A stretch of DNA of 37,111 nt, from the NCBI GenBank assembly GCA_000708835.1, contig DF237697.1, positions 1-37,111 on the forward strand. The letters are read 5' to 3'. A model generated the notes under the pieces. The model saw nothing but the letters and a program-made list of their open reading frames with translations. It was not told the DNA's origin and did not search any database. Origin of the DNA: Klebsormidium nitens (Eukaryota > Plantae > Klebsormidiophyceae). A program made the translations under genes and the position numbers. This document shows, one piece after another, positions 24,661 to 35,912 of the stretch (the first letter of the stretch is position 1; each line of letters opens with the position of its first letter).

Positions 24661-27600
24661 ATGAACAGCGAGAAGAAGGGCGAGCTGTCTGAGCTGAAGG
24701 CCAGCCTGCGGCAATTCGCCGGCAGTAGGGCTCCCGGATCAACGGAAGCGAAACGGGAGCTGTTCAAGAAAGTGATTTCATATATGACAATAGGCATAGA
24801 TGTGTCTGGTCTCTTCACAGAGATGATCATGGGGAGCGGAGCTACGTCCGACCTGGTCCTCAAGAAGATGTGCTACTTGTACTTATGTAGCTATGCCGCG
24901 TCGAACTCGGAGCTGGCGCTGCTGACCATCAACTTTCTGCAGAAGGATTGTCAGGTAAAATTCCCAACTTTGAGCTCATGAATGAAAGGACTTATTGTTT
25001 TGAACATGCTTTTCAGAATTCCTAAAAGTTGCATTCATTTCATGGCTGAAAGTCAGCTGATAGATCTTTGATTGAAATCTGTTGATCCGGGCTCCGTGTG
25101 GCAGAGGAGCTGACAATCTGACATACAATTCACGTACACTGTTGTTCTCTTCAGTCTTGCGGCCTGCACTCTGCTGCTTTTTGACCCCTGTTCACTGCAA
25201 TTGTCCTGTCCACAAAGTTCCGGGCAGAGTCTGCCCAAGCGTCAGAATACCACCAAGTCGCTGCAAGGGCGCTCTTGTGTTCAGGCACATATTCCCCGCC
25301 TAGCAAGGGTCTCAGCTATCCCCGCCCCTACTGCAGGACGAAGATCCTATGATTCGGGGTCTCGCCCTGCGGAGCCTGTGCTCGCTGCGTGTCAAAAACC
25401 TGGTGGAATATCTACTGGGCCCCCTGAAGACCGCCATCCGAGACAGCAACCCGTACGTGCGGACTATGGCCGCAATGGGAATCCTGAAGCTGTACTACCT
25501 CGCCCCAGCCTCGTGCAACGAGGGAGAGTTCGTGCCGGCGTTGAAGCGGCTGCTCATGAACGACCCTGACCCCCAGGTGAGGTTGAACAGACATTCGCAA
25601 ATCTGTCTCAATGTGCCGCCCCTGCACTAGGTGAAAGCAGTCTGCGCCCCCCTTGCAGTGGAAAGACAGCTGTGTTGGTGACTTCTTTGAAGGATCTTGT
25701 GAACGCTTCCGTCCGGAGCTGAGTCATTGGCGCCTCACATGGGTTTTGCGGCTTATTCTGTCTGAGACCCCAAAAGCAGTCTGCCATGGCTGCGGGGATT
25801 GCAGACCCACTGTTACATGTTTCTACTATATTCGGTCCTTATCTATTCCTATCCCTATCTATTCTATCCCACTCTTGCTCAAACGCAAGTCCGAACCTGC
25901 ATTCTATGGATGAACGCAGGTTCTTCATCCGTAGAGGTTCTCATAAAATGTTGTCTCGCGAGACAACGTTGCCGTGTAGCAAAGAAACGAGTATCAAATC
26001 GTGTCTGCCTTCCTGGCTCAGGTTGTCGCGAATGCAGTCTGCGCGCTCCAAGAAATCTTTGACAAGGAGGCGGAGAGTGGCTCAGGTCCCAACGTGAATG
26101 GGAAGGATTGGCTGCTGAGCAAGGAAGTGATCTACACGCTCCTCAACCGGATCCGCGACTTCAGCGAGTGGGCGCAGTGCATCATCCTCGCACTGGCCGC
26201 CGAGTATGTGCCACAGGAACCAGTAAGAGCCTCCCTCTTTCCAGCTCAAACCGCACTGCTTTTCTCACACGGAGTTCATTCCTCTTGGTAGGCAAGAGTG
26301 CGTTTCAGACTTGATACAGAGAACGGTGTATTTGCAAGGATTGTTTCGCAGGACTCTTTTTGACGGTCATGAGATGTTCTTGATGATCCAACGCAACAAG
26401 CGGCCAGGGCGGGTGGTGGATTTTGACGGCTTCTCAACTGAAGTCTGTAATGTCAAGAGGTAATATAGAGATTGTCGGTTCTGCGACACCGCCAGGCTCG
26501 TATCCATTCTTTCTGAAGGCACCTTTGGGTACCTAGGATTTGTCATGTCCAGTGCTTTCCAACAAGCCCCATTGCCTGATCGGCTCCAACATTATCCAGA
26601 TGCATCACCTTTATGCTTGTCAAAACCGTCCAGTTCTCTCCCCCATTTCGTTGTATCTCTCCCTCACTCGCAGGACGAGACCTTTGACATCATGAACCCT
26701 GCTGGAAGACCGTTTGCAGCACGCCTACAGTACTAGAGAATCAGCGATTTGCATCTCAACTTTCTGTCCGATACCGATCCAATCCCCCTTATAACCCAAT
26801 TGCAGGACGAGACCTTCGACATCATGAACCTACTGGAGGACCGGCTGCAGCACGCCAACAGCGCTGAATGTGTCATCCTTCGCATCTTGCCTCTTCTCTA
26901 GGTTCTTGTTTCCAACGCCTCACTCCCCCACTTGCAGGACGAGATCTTCGATATCATGAACCTGCTAGAGGACCGGTTGCAGCACGCCAACAGCGCCGTT
27001 GTGCTGGCCACCACCAAGGTCTTCCTCCACCTCACCATGTCCATGGCAGACGTCCACCAACAGGTACGTACCGCTGACGTTTATAGGATACCGGACTCGA
27101 CACTTCTCGGCCAGAACCGAGCTTGGTCACCCGGCTTGACAATCTAATCCTAGCCCGATTGCATCTCCAATTGACCCAACTTCGAACCAAAACTTGAATT
27201 TTCTTGGGCCCAAAGAATATATTGAGTCGACAATGTTTCGATTGGAGAGCGATTGGTGCGAATCGGCAGGGATTAGGCTTTGAGCGGGGTCAGTTCCGAA
27301 ACAAATCGGTCCAGAAGTGTACAGTGCGAGTATTCTTCAGATTCCCACTTGCTGCGTTCTGCTGGTAGTGCGTTCCTTTGTCCTGCTGCTATCATATTTT
27401 CTGGGGGCGCTCGAGCGAGCCTTTCCGATCCTGACTCTCTCTCCCCTAGATTTTTGGAACCGTCGTCTGGTCCTATGTTTCGCAATCGTTTGAGGGAGTC
27501 GAAATCAGTTGCAAAGCTTATGGTTCACGCAAATGAAGTGTCCCCGCTCTGTGCTCATTTCGAGCAGCCCTGAGCGGCCTGTAGCACTGCAACAACATCC

Positions 27601-30600
27601 CTTGAAGATGTAACACAAACTCTATTCTGGAAGCCTGTCCATGTTCACACTCACTTACAGGCCTCAGAAGGAATTCGATGCTTCCTTAATCTCCCACTTG
27701 AAACACCTTGCTGGAAGGAAAGAGCACAGGGAACAGGATCGTAAGAAGGAAGCAACGCTGAACACGTTCTGATTCCCCAGGTATATGAGCGCATCAAGGC
27801 GCCTCTGCTGACGCTCATCAGCACTGGCAGCCCCGAGCTGGCATATGCCGTGCTGAGTCACCTACATTTACTGGTGACACGTGCCCCGATGCTGTTCGCC
27901 GCGGACTACAAGCACTTTTACTGCCGCTTCAGCGACCCGTCGTACGTCAAGAAGCTCAAGCTGGAGATGCTGACGGCGGTGGCTAACGAGGCCAACACCT
28001 ATGACATTGGTAAGTGATGATTGGCTCTCTCAGATGGCTTGGCTTCATGGGTTTTCCGAATTTAGATGGTGCGCTTCTTGCGTTTGAAGTTCGTCTGTCA
28101 ACGTACGATTGTAGCAGCGCGGAGGTAGGAGAAAGTCGGGAGCCGCCGCCCAGAAGATGCGCACAGTAGTCAATGGTTTTTTTCCAAGTAGACAGACCTT
28201 GACTTTTCCGAGGCCCCGCTCGAAGGCGAGAGCTGACACGGTCGCCTCCTCGCCGAGAGCTGAAAGGATTCATAGCTCTTTGCCATCTTGCCACCCCACT
28301 TTTCAATGTAGTAAGTGCGGGTTTAAAAGGCACTGGGAAGCCGTTGCATCGCTGATTGTACGGTTCAAGATCGGGAACTCGATTGGTACGTCTGACGCAA
28401 ACAGCTGTGAAACAAGATGAAAGTCTTCCACTTAGCATAAACAGATGTTTTGGTAATAAATTAGTATTTCTAGAAAGAAAGGGTTGTTGGTCCGCGTCTC
28501 TGCAGTGACTGAGCTGAGCGAGTACGCTGCGAACGTGGACGTGGTGATTGCTCGCGAGAGCGTGCGTGCGGTGGGCCAGATCGCGCTGCAGAGCTACGAC
28601 GTGAACGGCATCGTGGACCGCCTGCTGCAGTTCCTCGACATGGACACGGACTACATCACGGCAGAGACGCTGGTGCGCGCTAAACCTCCACTTTCTCGAC
28701 TTCGCTCTTTTCGACCCATTCCGTGTCTCTTTCCTCACAACTCTTTGTCGCTCAACATCAAATCAAGTTGCATGCCCGGTGCATTTGAGGGGTTTTCCTC
28801 CATTCGATCCAATCATCTCCTCGTTCTGATCATGCCTTGTGCCTTTCCTTCTTTACCTTCCAAGTCGCTTCTTCTCAGACAGAAACGCTAGTGCGTGCCA
28901 GTCCTTTTATCCTTCCTTTTATCTTTTTAATCCTTAAGCTTCCACTTTTCATTCTTTCTTCTTTGTTCAGTTGGGTCTTGATCCTGTTTTTCGTCAATGC
29001 TCCTTCGAGTGATCTATGTTCAATACCCCCCTACTTGAAAACAACATCCACCATCCATTGCACAGCCCATGAAGGTCTTACTACCACGGACTGTCATCGT
29101 ACCTTTGAAGCTAAGAGTCACTCGCTGTCATATTTACGAGGCTTTCCCACCCGGTTTCGCCTCTCACTTGGACTTTTGTTGACACTTCTGATCTCACCCG
29201 GCGAAGTCCAGAAGCGCTTTGGGGACGAGATACAATAAGGCTTAGTCTTTTGAGCACCTGATATTGCGGAGGGGCCGAGTCGCTCTTCCAGCAGCTGGAG
29301 ATTCGCTTTTTTCTTCCGATTCAGGCCTGCTTTATGGAGCTCTCTTGTACTCGACCCTCGTTGAAGCTGCTGGTCAATTGCCCTGCAACTCAACTCCTCT
29401 TCCAGTTCATTCACTGGGGTTTCTCACCTGAGGGCAGTAAAACTTCCCGGATGGCTGCTCCTTGCTTGCTCAAGTAATACGTGTCTGCTCATTTATGGTC
29501 ACCCTGTCCACCTCTATAAGACATTAGTCCGAACTTACAATCACGCATTTCATCTCAGGTCCTGGTCAAGGACCTGCTGCGCAAGTACCCTGAGTGGGCC
29601 GAGTCGTGCGTGGCGGTCATCGGCGGCGTCTCACACACGGCCGTCTCGGAGCAGCCCGCAAAAGCCGCGCTCGTGTGGATGCTTGGCGAGTACGGCCAAG
29701 ACGTGCCCGACGCACCATACGTTTTGGAGTCGATCGTCGAGAACTGGGCGGAGGAGGAGAGCGAGACGGTGCGGCTGGAGATCCTAACGGCGGTCGCGAA
29801 GCTGTTCTTCAAGCGGGCACTGGAGTGCCATCGGCTATTGGGGCGGGTGTTGAAGCTGGGAACGGAGGATGGAAACCAGGTGAGGGGGCGGGCTTAGAGC
29901 GGATTAGGATAAGTGAAGAGGTTTACGCCCCTGCTTTCTCCGGGGCTTTGAAAATTAAAGAGTGGTGTTTTGGGAGGTTTCGGTGTTTGGCGGGTGCAGG
30001 GGTTGTGATCTTCAGCGTAGTTGTGATGAAACGCATCCACGTCATCATGTAACACTCTGAGGGTTGGGGCCCACGGTTTTGTTCGTCGGCGTCTGAAGCT
30101 ATGGCTTCTAAGGCTTGATTATGTGTTATTTTTCTTGGGCTCTTGTGCTTTGGATATGGAAGTCAACGGACGATGGGCGAGGAGGATGCTTTCTCGGGAG
30201 GCTTGAAAGGGCTGCAAAATGGATTTGGGAGTCGCCAATGGTAGGAAGCTCCTGGAACATACTCGAGCGCGGGAACCGGTAGACCGGTACTTCGGTCGAA
30301 CACGGAAATAATCCAATCCAATGCTTTGGCAGCAACTTTGGCCAGTCTGCGCAGCCTAACACCCTTCAGCTACAGTACGATTGTCCTCCGGGAAAGCCGT
30401 GCTTTAAAACCCGAGATCGGATTGGGCCTTATTTAATGAAGCGGTCCAGAGCTCTTGATACAACCGGAGGGCTCCCCGAAAAGATATTGCTGTTCCCCCT
30501 CCCTGAAACCCCCCTCTTTTGCTCCCCCCAGGACGTGCACGACCGCGCGCTGCTGTACTACCGGCTGCTCCAGCAGGGCGCTGACGTGGCGCAGAAGGTG

Positions 30601-32152
30601 ATCAACCCAGAGAAGCGCGCGGTGAACGAGTTCGCCGAGACGCAGAGCAGCGAGGCCAAGGACCGCATCTTCGACGAATTCAACACGCTCTCCGTCGTCT
30701 ACCGGCAGGTGAGTCCGCCGTACTTTGGAGTGTGCGGAAATTTGCAGAGTCTGATGCGGAATTGTATCTTTTGGCCAGTTCTGTAAAGGCTTCTTGGCAG
30801 ACAGTATCGTCTGCATTTTCGGCAATTCTGTGAAGACTTTTTGTCAGAAAGTTTTTTCTGCCTGTGACATGCAAGTGTCAGAAATGCAATGGCCGCAGCG
30901 GCAAGGGTCAACGGAAGGTACTGCCATCGATCCCCTTAGTCATCGCTAGGGGCTCTACACGTCCACTTTTGGGTTGATGGTCTAACGCCCGACACCCCTG
31001 AATCAAATCTAATGTCGACTGTGTTGTGCTTCACTGCAAACCCCGGAATCCATCTTCTACTGCCTTGCGGGTGCAGTTTTGTAAGCATTTTGCAGTGATT
31101 GCTTCCCTTTCGACCTTCACCGAGGCTAGCTTATAAGGCTGTCGTTTCGAAGTCGTTCAAATTCCCGGGTCGCTCTATCAGATAGTCAGCACCAATTATT
31201 CCATTCTACACCCAGCGGACTCAGGATGCTCGTACTTGCCCCGTACTTCAATTATGGTTCCAACCATCTCTTCTGGCTGCACAGTCCACTGCCCTTGACG
31301 GCGCACATTTCGACATGGCCCTGACGTCATCACGGCCGCTGCCACAGTCCCCTTTCTGACGTCATCCATGCTTTTCTTGCTGCGCAGCCGTCCTTCCAGT
31401 TCATGGCCAAGGAGCAGCCTAAGGCGGGCGCCTCCAGTGAGGAAGACCCCGCGACTCCAACGGGCGTCCTCCAAGGGGGGGGCGACTTTGCGCACCAAGA
31501 GCTGCTCTCGGGGGCCGAGAAAGAAGAGGTTGCGGCGCCGCCCCCCACGGCATCCAACGGCGCCGAGACGTATAGCGCCCCGAACGTGCTCGACATCATG
31601 TCCGGCCCGCCGGCGAACGGGAACGCGGCGTCCGTTTCCGGCGACCCGTTCGCGACGTCGACAGGCGCGCCGGTCGCCGACAACGCGCCCAGTAGCTCTG
31701 GTGGCGGCGCCGGGGGGCTGGACGATTTGCTTGGTGGGTTCGGGGGCCAGTCGACCAGCCAACCGCAGCCCCCCCCGCCGGCACCGGCGCTGCAGTTGGT
31801 CCCCCGGCCGACGCTCGACGCGGGGACGTTTCAGCGGAAGTGGGGGCAGTTGCCGGTCGGGCAGGCCGTCGAGGATTCGTTCGCGCCCGCGGCGCTCGCG
31901 AAGCTGACGACGCCGCAGGCGCTGTTGCGGCATATGGCGAGCAACAGCATCGCGTGCATGGCGTCCGGCGGGAACGCTCCGACGTTCCGCTTCTTCTTCT
32001 ACGCGCAGAACGCGGATGCGAGCGGGTTCTTCCTGGTCGAGTTAATAGTGAACACCGCGAAGGGGACGGCGAGCACGAAGGTCAAGGCGGAGCAGGCGCA
32101 CTTAGTGGAGCCGTTTGTGCAGATGTACAGAACTGCCTTGCAGAGTTTTTGA
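24661..32152 (+). CDS. AP4B: AP-4 adaptor complex subunit beta (beta-adaptin-like protein A, about 839 aa)
   Basis: Exons 24661-24954, 25337-25576, 26022-26222, 26938-27063, 27781-28009, 28506-28672, 29559-29879, 30532-30708, 31388-32152 sum to 2520 nt in frame. The translation closely follows plant AP4B: LRQFAGSRAPG, KKVISYMTIGIDVS, DEDPMIRGLALRSLCSLRV, IFDIMNLLEDRLQHAN, VYERIKAPLLTL, YAANVDVVIARES, DVHDRALLYYR, and a C-terminal appendage LDAGTFQRKWGQLP...ASGG. Confidence 0.95.
26578..26997 (+). repeat. Intronic tandem ladder (period 130-132 bp) of acceptor plus exon-4 head of AP4B
   Basis: CAG|GACGAGA(C/T)C starts at 26674, 26806 and 26938 (functional), an exact 132-bp period. The 26806 copy reads DETFDIMNLLEDRLQHANSA then drifts to a stop. 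The 26674 copy has a +1 C frameshift. A faint fourth copy (GATCGGCTCCAACAT, DRLQH) lies at 26578. Confidence 0.93.
28879..28896 (+). repeat. Echo of the AP4B exon-6 donor (possible 12-nt microexon)
   Basis: CAGAAACGCTA|GTGCGTGC at 28880-28898 matches the real donor CAGAGACGCTG|GTGCGCGC at 28662-28680 in 16 of 19 positions. It is preceded by a pyrimidine-rich CTTCTTCTCAG acceptor. Confidence 0.6.
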
Positions 32153-33515
32153 GGCACCAGATATTGTGGGGCTTTATACAAGTCTGGGTCCGGACGTCAC
32201 CAAAGCACATAAATAGTCTTATAAATTGTTCTGGGGCTGCCTTCCAAGCACATAATTTCTCTTCCACACACTCGCTTGCCGAATTATGATCATGACCAAC
32301 TTTCTCGAGGATCCGTTTTGATATGTTCGCCCCAATGATGTGTCGTCAGCACGTGCGCGTACGATCTGCACGGGCTGATCTCGCCACATCCGCCAATACG
32401 TGTTTTTATGCATGGATCGAATATACGGACTGAATCCGGAGACATGCACTCATTATCTTGAAACAGAGCTATTTGCCGCGAGGATCTGCTGCAGGCAGTG
32501 ATCTTTGACGCACGCAATTACTATACCTATAAACCTACATGCATGACTGACAACAAGCATACGTTGCATGGTTATCGTACGCGTACATATGCATGGGTTA
32601 CAATGAAAGCAATCTCGCGAACGCTTTTGGAAGATCTTGAAAGGAGCTCGATCGATCTTACATGCAAGCTATAGCTAGCTAAAAAGTAACATTGATTCTT
32701 GGAACTTTTCTCCAGCTGTAAGATTGATGATGAGATATATGCATATCCGCAAGTGACGATCCATCATGTACGCGGCACCATCTGCCTATTGCATGCGGCT
32801 CGGATATAAGCCTTGTGAGAATTGTACTGGTTTGAATGGAACTTTGTCAAACTCTTAACAACGTTTGCAACAATCAGGTGCCAATGCCCGCATGCATTTT
32901 GTGAATCTAGTGACGGTCCAGTCCCTTTGCTACGTTGCGTCACCTTACGGTCTGGTGAAACGTGGCACTTATACTGCACGTCATGTGTAGATGATGGCTA
33001 CAGTTGGCAGAAGATCGTGGGAGTGCATTATTTACCTATCAACGTTCCAAGGCTGTGCCAGGACGGGTCGCTTTCGCACGCCACCTGATAGCTCTGGCAT
33101 GCGTAACTGGTGCTTTGCTATTGGTGATAACTTGGGTCGAAAGGTCATGCGCAGCATGGCGCGACGATAGATGACGGAATGATCTTATGGGGATTTGCGA
33201 ATTGAAAGTAACGCGCGCTGGCTATGTAGTATGCGTAGCTGCTGTACACAACGTTCTTCTGATACAACTCAATACATCGAAAGAATCCAATCACCCTTCA
33301 GCTTTTATGAGGCTTTTATAGGGTACTTTGCCTCTCAGTTGATCACTTGAGCCCACGACCACTACTTTGAAGCTTTGGTACCATAATCAGACTCTTAAAA
33401 CCTTCCTTTGTAGGTTGTTGCCTCTTGGCTGTCTGCTACAATTAGTACCATCAAAGATGTACCTGATGTTTAGTATCAAAGCGCAGGCCAGAGCAGATGT
33501 TTCTATGTTTCTGCC

Positions 33516-33755
33516 CTACTCAAAGAAACATTCCTCAACATAGGACCTGAGTGCTTCCTTCCTTTCCTCTCCTCGCTTTACAGCCGCTGTGTAGAGCGCT
33601 TTCCGACGCTTCAGCTCCGGTAAAGACAGCTTCTTCAAGACCTCCTCAATCTCGTCTTCCTTGATACTTTCCACATGTGCCAAAGGAGGCGCCGGCCCAG
33701 GACGAGGTGCAGGATGCTTGGATCTTAAAGACGGACCAGCAGAAGCAGATTCCAT
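33516..33755 (-). CDS. Hypothetical small protein or exon (Pro-rich N-terminus, E/K/R-rich helical segment)
   Basis: ATG-initiated 79-codon ORF with coding-like composition (MESASAGPSLRSKHPAPRPGPAPP...EDEIEEVLKKLSLPELKRRKALY...). It lies downstream of a GC-rich promoter-like island (about 33990-34630). The 3' end may be spliced (CTCAG|GTCCTA). No family recognised. Confidence 0.45.
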   Translation of the reverse strand: MESASAGPSLRSKHPAPRPGPAPPLAHVESIKEDEIEEVLKKLSLPELKRRKALYTAAVKRGEERKEALRSYVEECFFE

Positions 33756-34472
33756 ATTGAGATGATTTATTGTAGCGTGATCAAACCGTAGGCTTCTCCG
33801 CCCGTTCTCCGATCCTGGGAGAGTTGATCAAGAGATGATCTTCTCCCGCGCGCCGCAGACTCTTCACAAACTCTGTCACTCCACGATCTTTTGATGAGGC
33901 CGAGCGCAAACTTAAAGTCGAAGGGTTAAAGAAGTCCGGCCTTGCGCTACTTACAGTACACCTAACAGCTAGCCTTTACCTAACTGATCGAAAGCGGGCC
34001 AGTGGGGCGCCAGTGCTGTCGGATCGATTTCCGGCCGGCCGGCCATGCGCAGGCGATTCCGGTGCGGCCGCGGACTTGATATGGGCAAGGGCCGGGGTTT
34101 GGAGGGTTGGAATGGACTCTGACTCGTTGGTCCCGTCCGAAATCCTCTGCGGGAAACGCAACTAACTGCTTGTTGGCATAAAATCCGCCAATCTCAGGCC
34201 GCCACGTGTCCCCCATCCTGCGCGGCCCCGCGATCGGCCGGAACAACTTGAACCAGCGGGGAGGTTGAAAGTCCGCTCGGTAAACCGCTTTTCGGGTGAA
34301 ACGGGTTTGTGGAAAAAATCTTCGTTTTTTGGACGCGGTTTTCAAGTTTTGGGTTTTGACCGCGATCGCCGACACTTGACGCGGCTTTCTGACCTTCCAA
34401 CCGTCCGTACATTGCTCCAGTGCGAACACTAACCCTAAGTCTGCCGAAGTCATACCATATCTCGAGTCTGAG

Positions 34473-34513
34473 ACTCCGACTCCGGCTCCGGCCCCGGCCC
34501 CGGCCCCGGCCCG
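34473..34513 (-). repeat. Degenerate hexamer repeat ending in (GGGGCC)n; canonical G-quadruplex motif on the - strand
   Basis: The + strand reads ACTCCG ACTCCG GCTCCG GCCCCG GCCCCG GCCCCG GCCCG. The - strand therefore has G3-CC-G4-CC-G4-CC-G4 at 34492-34512. Confidence 0.8.
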
Positions 34514-35912
34514 TCAGGCCCGGCACGCGGTTGGGTTCAAACTTCCTCGACCGCTCGTGCGGCGAATTAAATTTGATTGACACTGGACCGTACGGAACAA
34601 TCCAGGACTCCGATGTCACCGTGCGATGACAGCGTTAACGCTTGTAGAGCAGCCTAAAAACCTTACTGCAAACGTAGTGTAAAACCATTACCAAGGGCGG
34701 GTTGGGTTACTATTAGGGCTAACCTCAATTGCTGTCAAGCAAAATCCCGAGAAAAATGGGCTAGGTACCCGAAATTTGACAAGCCTACCCCACCAATGCA
34801 GAGCAAATATGCAGAATTTGCCTTGACAGTCTTGTTTCTCTTTCTTTGCTGATGCGTTTTCATCTATCGTATGCCCTCATTGGCCCAGATACGAGAGAGA
34901 TTTTTATAGATGAATGGAACTCAGCACAGCGCTGAGCGCTGCAGACAGTCAACAGCTTGTTCAAGAGGTATTATAGAAGGGGTAATGTGACAAATAGGGC
35001 TTTGCGCATTTGCATGGCCACTAATACCTAAGTCCAATCAAGTAGAATTGTAAAGATTATAAAGCTAAACCATAAACTATTGATCGGAAGTAGCCATAAA
35101 AGTCTACACATGACCGTAAACTGCGTGCTTCAGCAATGGACTTGTGCCGTTTTGCCATGTAACGGTAAGGTTATATACATGTTTAACTAAGGTGCGCAAC
35201 TTGCTTGAAGCTCAAATGAGTTTCAAATATTGCAACTATGGCCTCTTTTTGTTCTAGCTCAATTTTGCGTTGTAGCTCTCTGCGCAATTCTCTGTGCATG
35301 CATATCTCATGCACAGTGGTTTGGGAGAGCATGCAGCCTGGCCACTGATCAAGCTACTGAAGCCATTGGGTAAGTACACGGGTAGTACGATCCTACCTGT
35401 GCAATCAGAAGTTAGAACTTTGAGCAGTCACTAAATTCTACCGAATACGGCACCAAGTGTGTACCTTCGCCTACCCGGGACTGAGAGCGCCGCGCGACCT
35501 ACTTGATTTTGCGTACGGTATAAACCTTCGGCTGGTCAACATTTCCGTCGATGTCAGCCGCGTGTTACAATCGAACGGTGAATCGAGTGGAGACCGCAAT
35601 TCGGCCTGAACCTCCGGTCTTCGCGGAAATAAGTTAGCTCCAATTTTCTCCATTCAGCTGCCTGGCGGCTAGCCTGACTGAGAGTCCGCTGAAGGCTGAA
35701 AACCGCCATGCTGCCATGCCAAGTTTGTCCGTCTGGCGTAGTGTGGGCCTTCACACACAGAATTGACTTCATGGACAGCACGGACATTTGAAGACAGAGA
35801 TTTTGAAAAGTCCGGTCAAGCTCGAAAATACTTGTCAGCATTGTGGAGCTCTCTGTACTTAGGCTGTCCGAATTTAATTTCCGGTTTCCTGTCCACCCCC
35901 TTCGGGGGTGGG

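Noticed and set aside
25062-25112. Weak echo of the AP4B exon-2 head (MIRAPC versus MIRGLA)
   Set aside because: Only short patchy matches and no preserved acceptor; could be chance.
27983-31933. Minus-strand ORFs of 251 aa (27983-28738) and 245 aa (31196-31933)
   Set aside because: Antisense shadows of AP4B exons extended into introns, with no recognisable product.
32290-33088. Short ORFs in TG/CA-rich DNA downstream of AP4B
   Set aside because: No motifs and stops in all extended frames. Possibly eroded repeat, but not supportable.
34194-34619. Minus-strand ORF with an RG/RS-repeat motif (GRGRGRGRSRSRS)
   Set aside because: The motif is simply the translation of the hexamer repeat; the rest is not protein-like.
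34880-34970. EIFIDEW, Walker-B-like, in a pseudo-exon
   Set aside because: Contains an in-frame stop and has no Walker A or other context.
35790-35862. TCQHCGAL CxxC motif suggesting a Helitron or zinc-finger fragment
   Set aside because: The frame stops three codons later and no Rep/helicase motifs are nearby. The 35893 hairpin lacks a closely following CTRR end.
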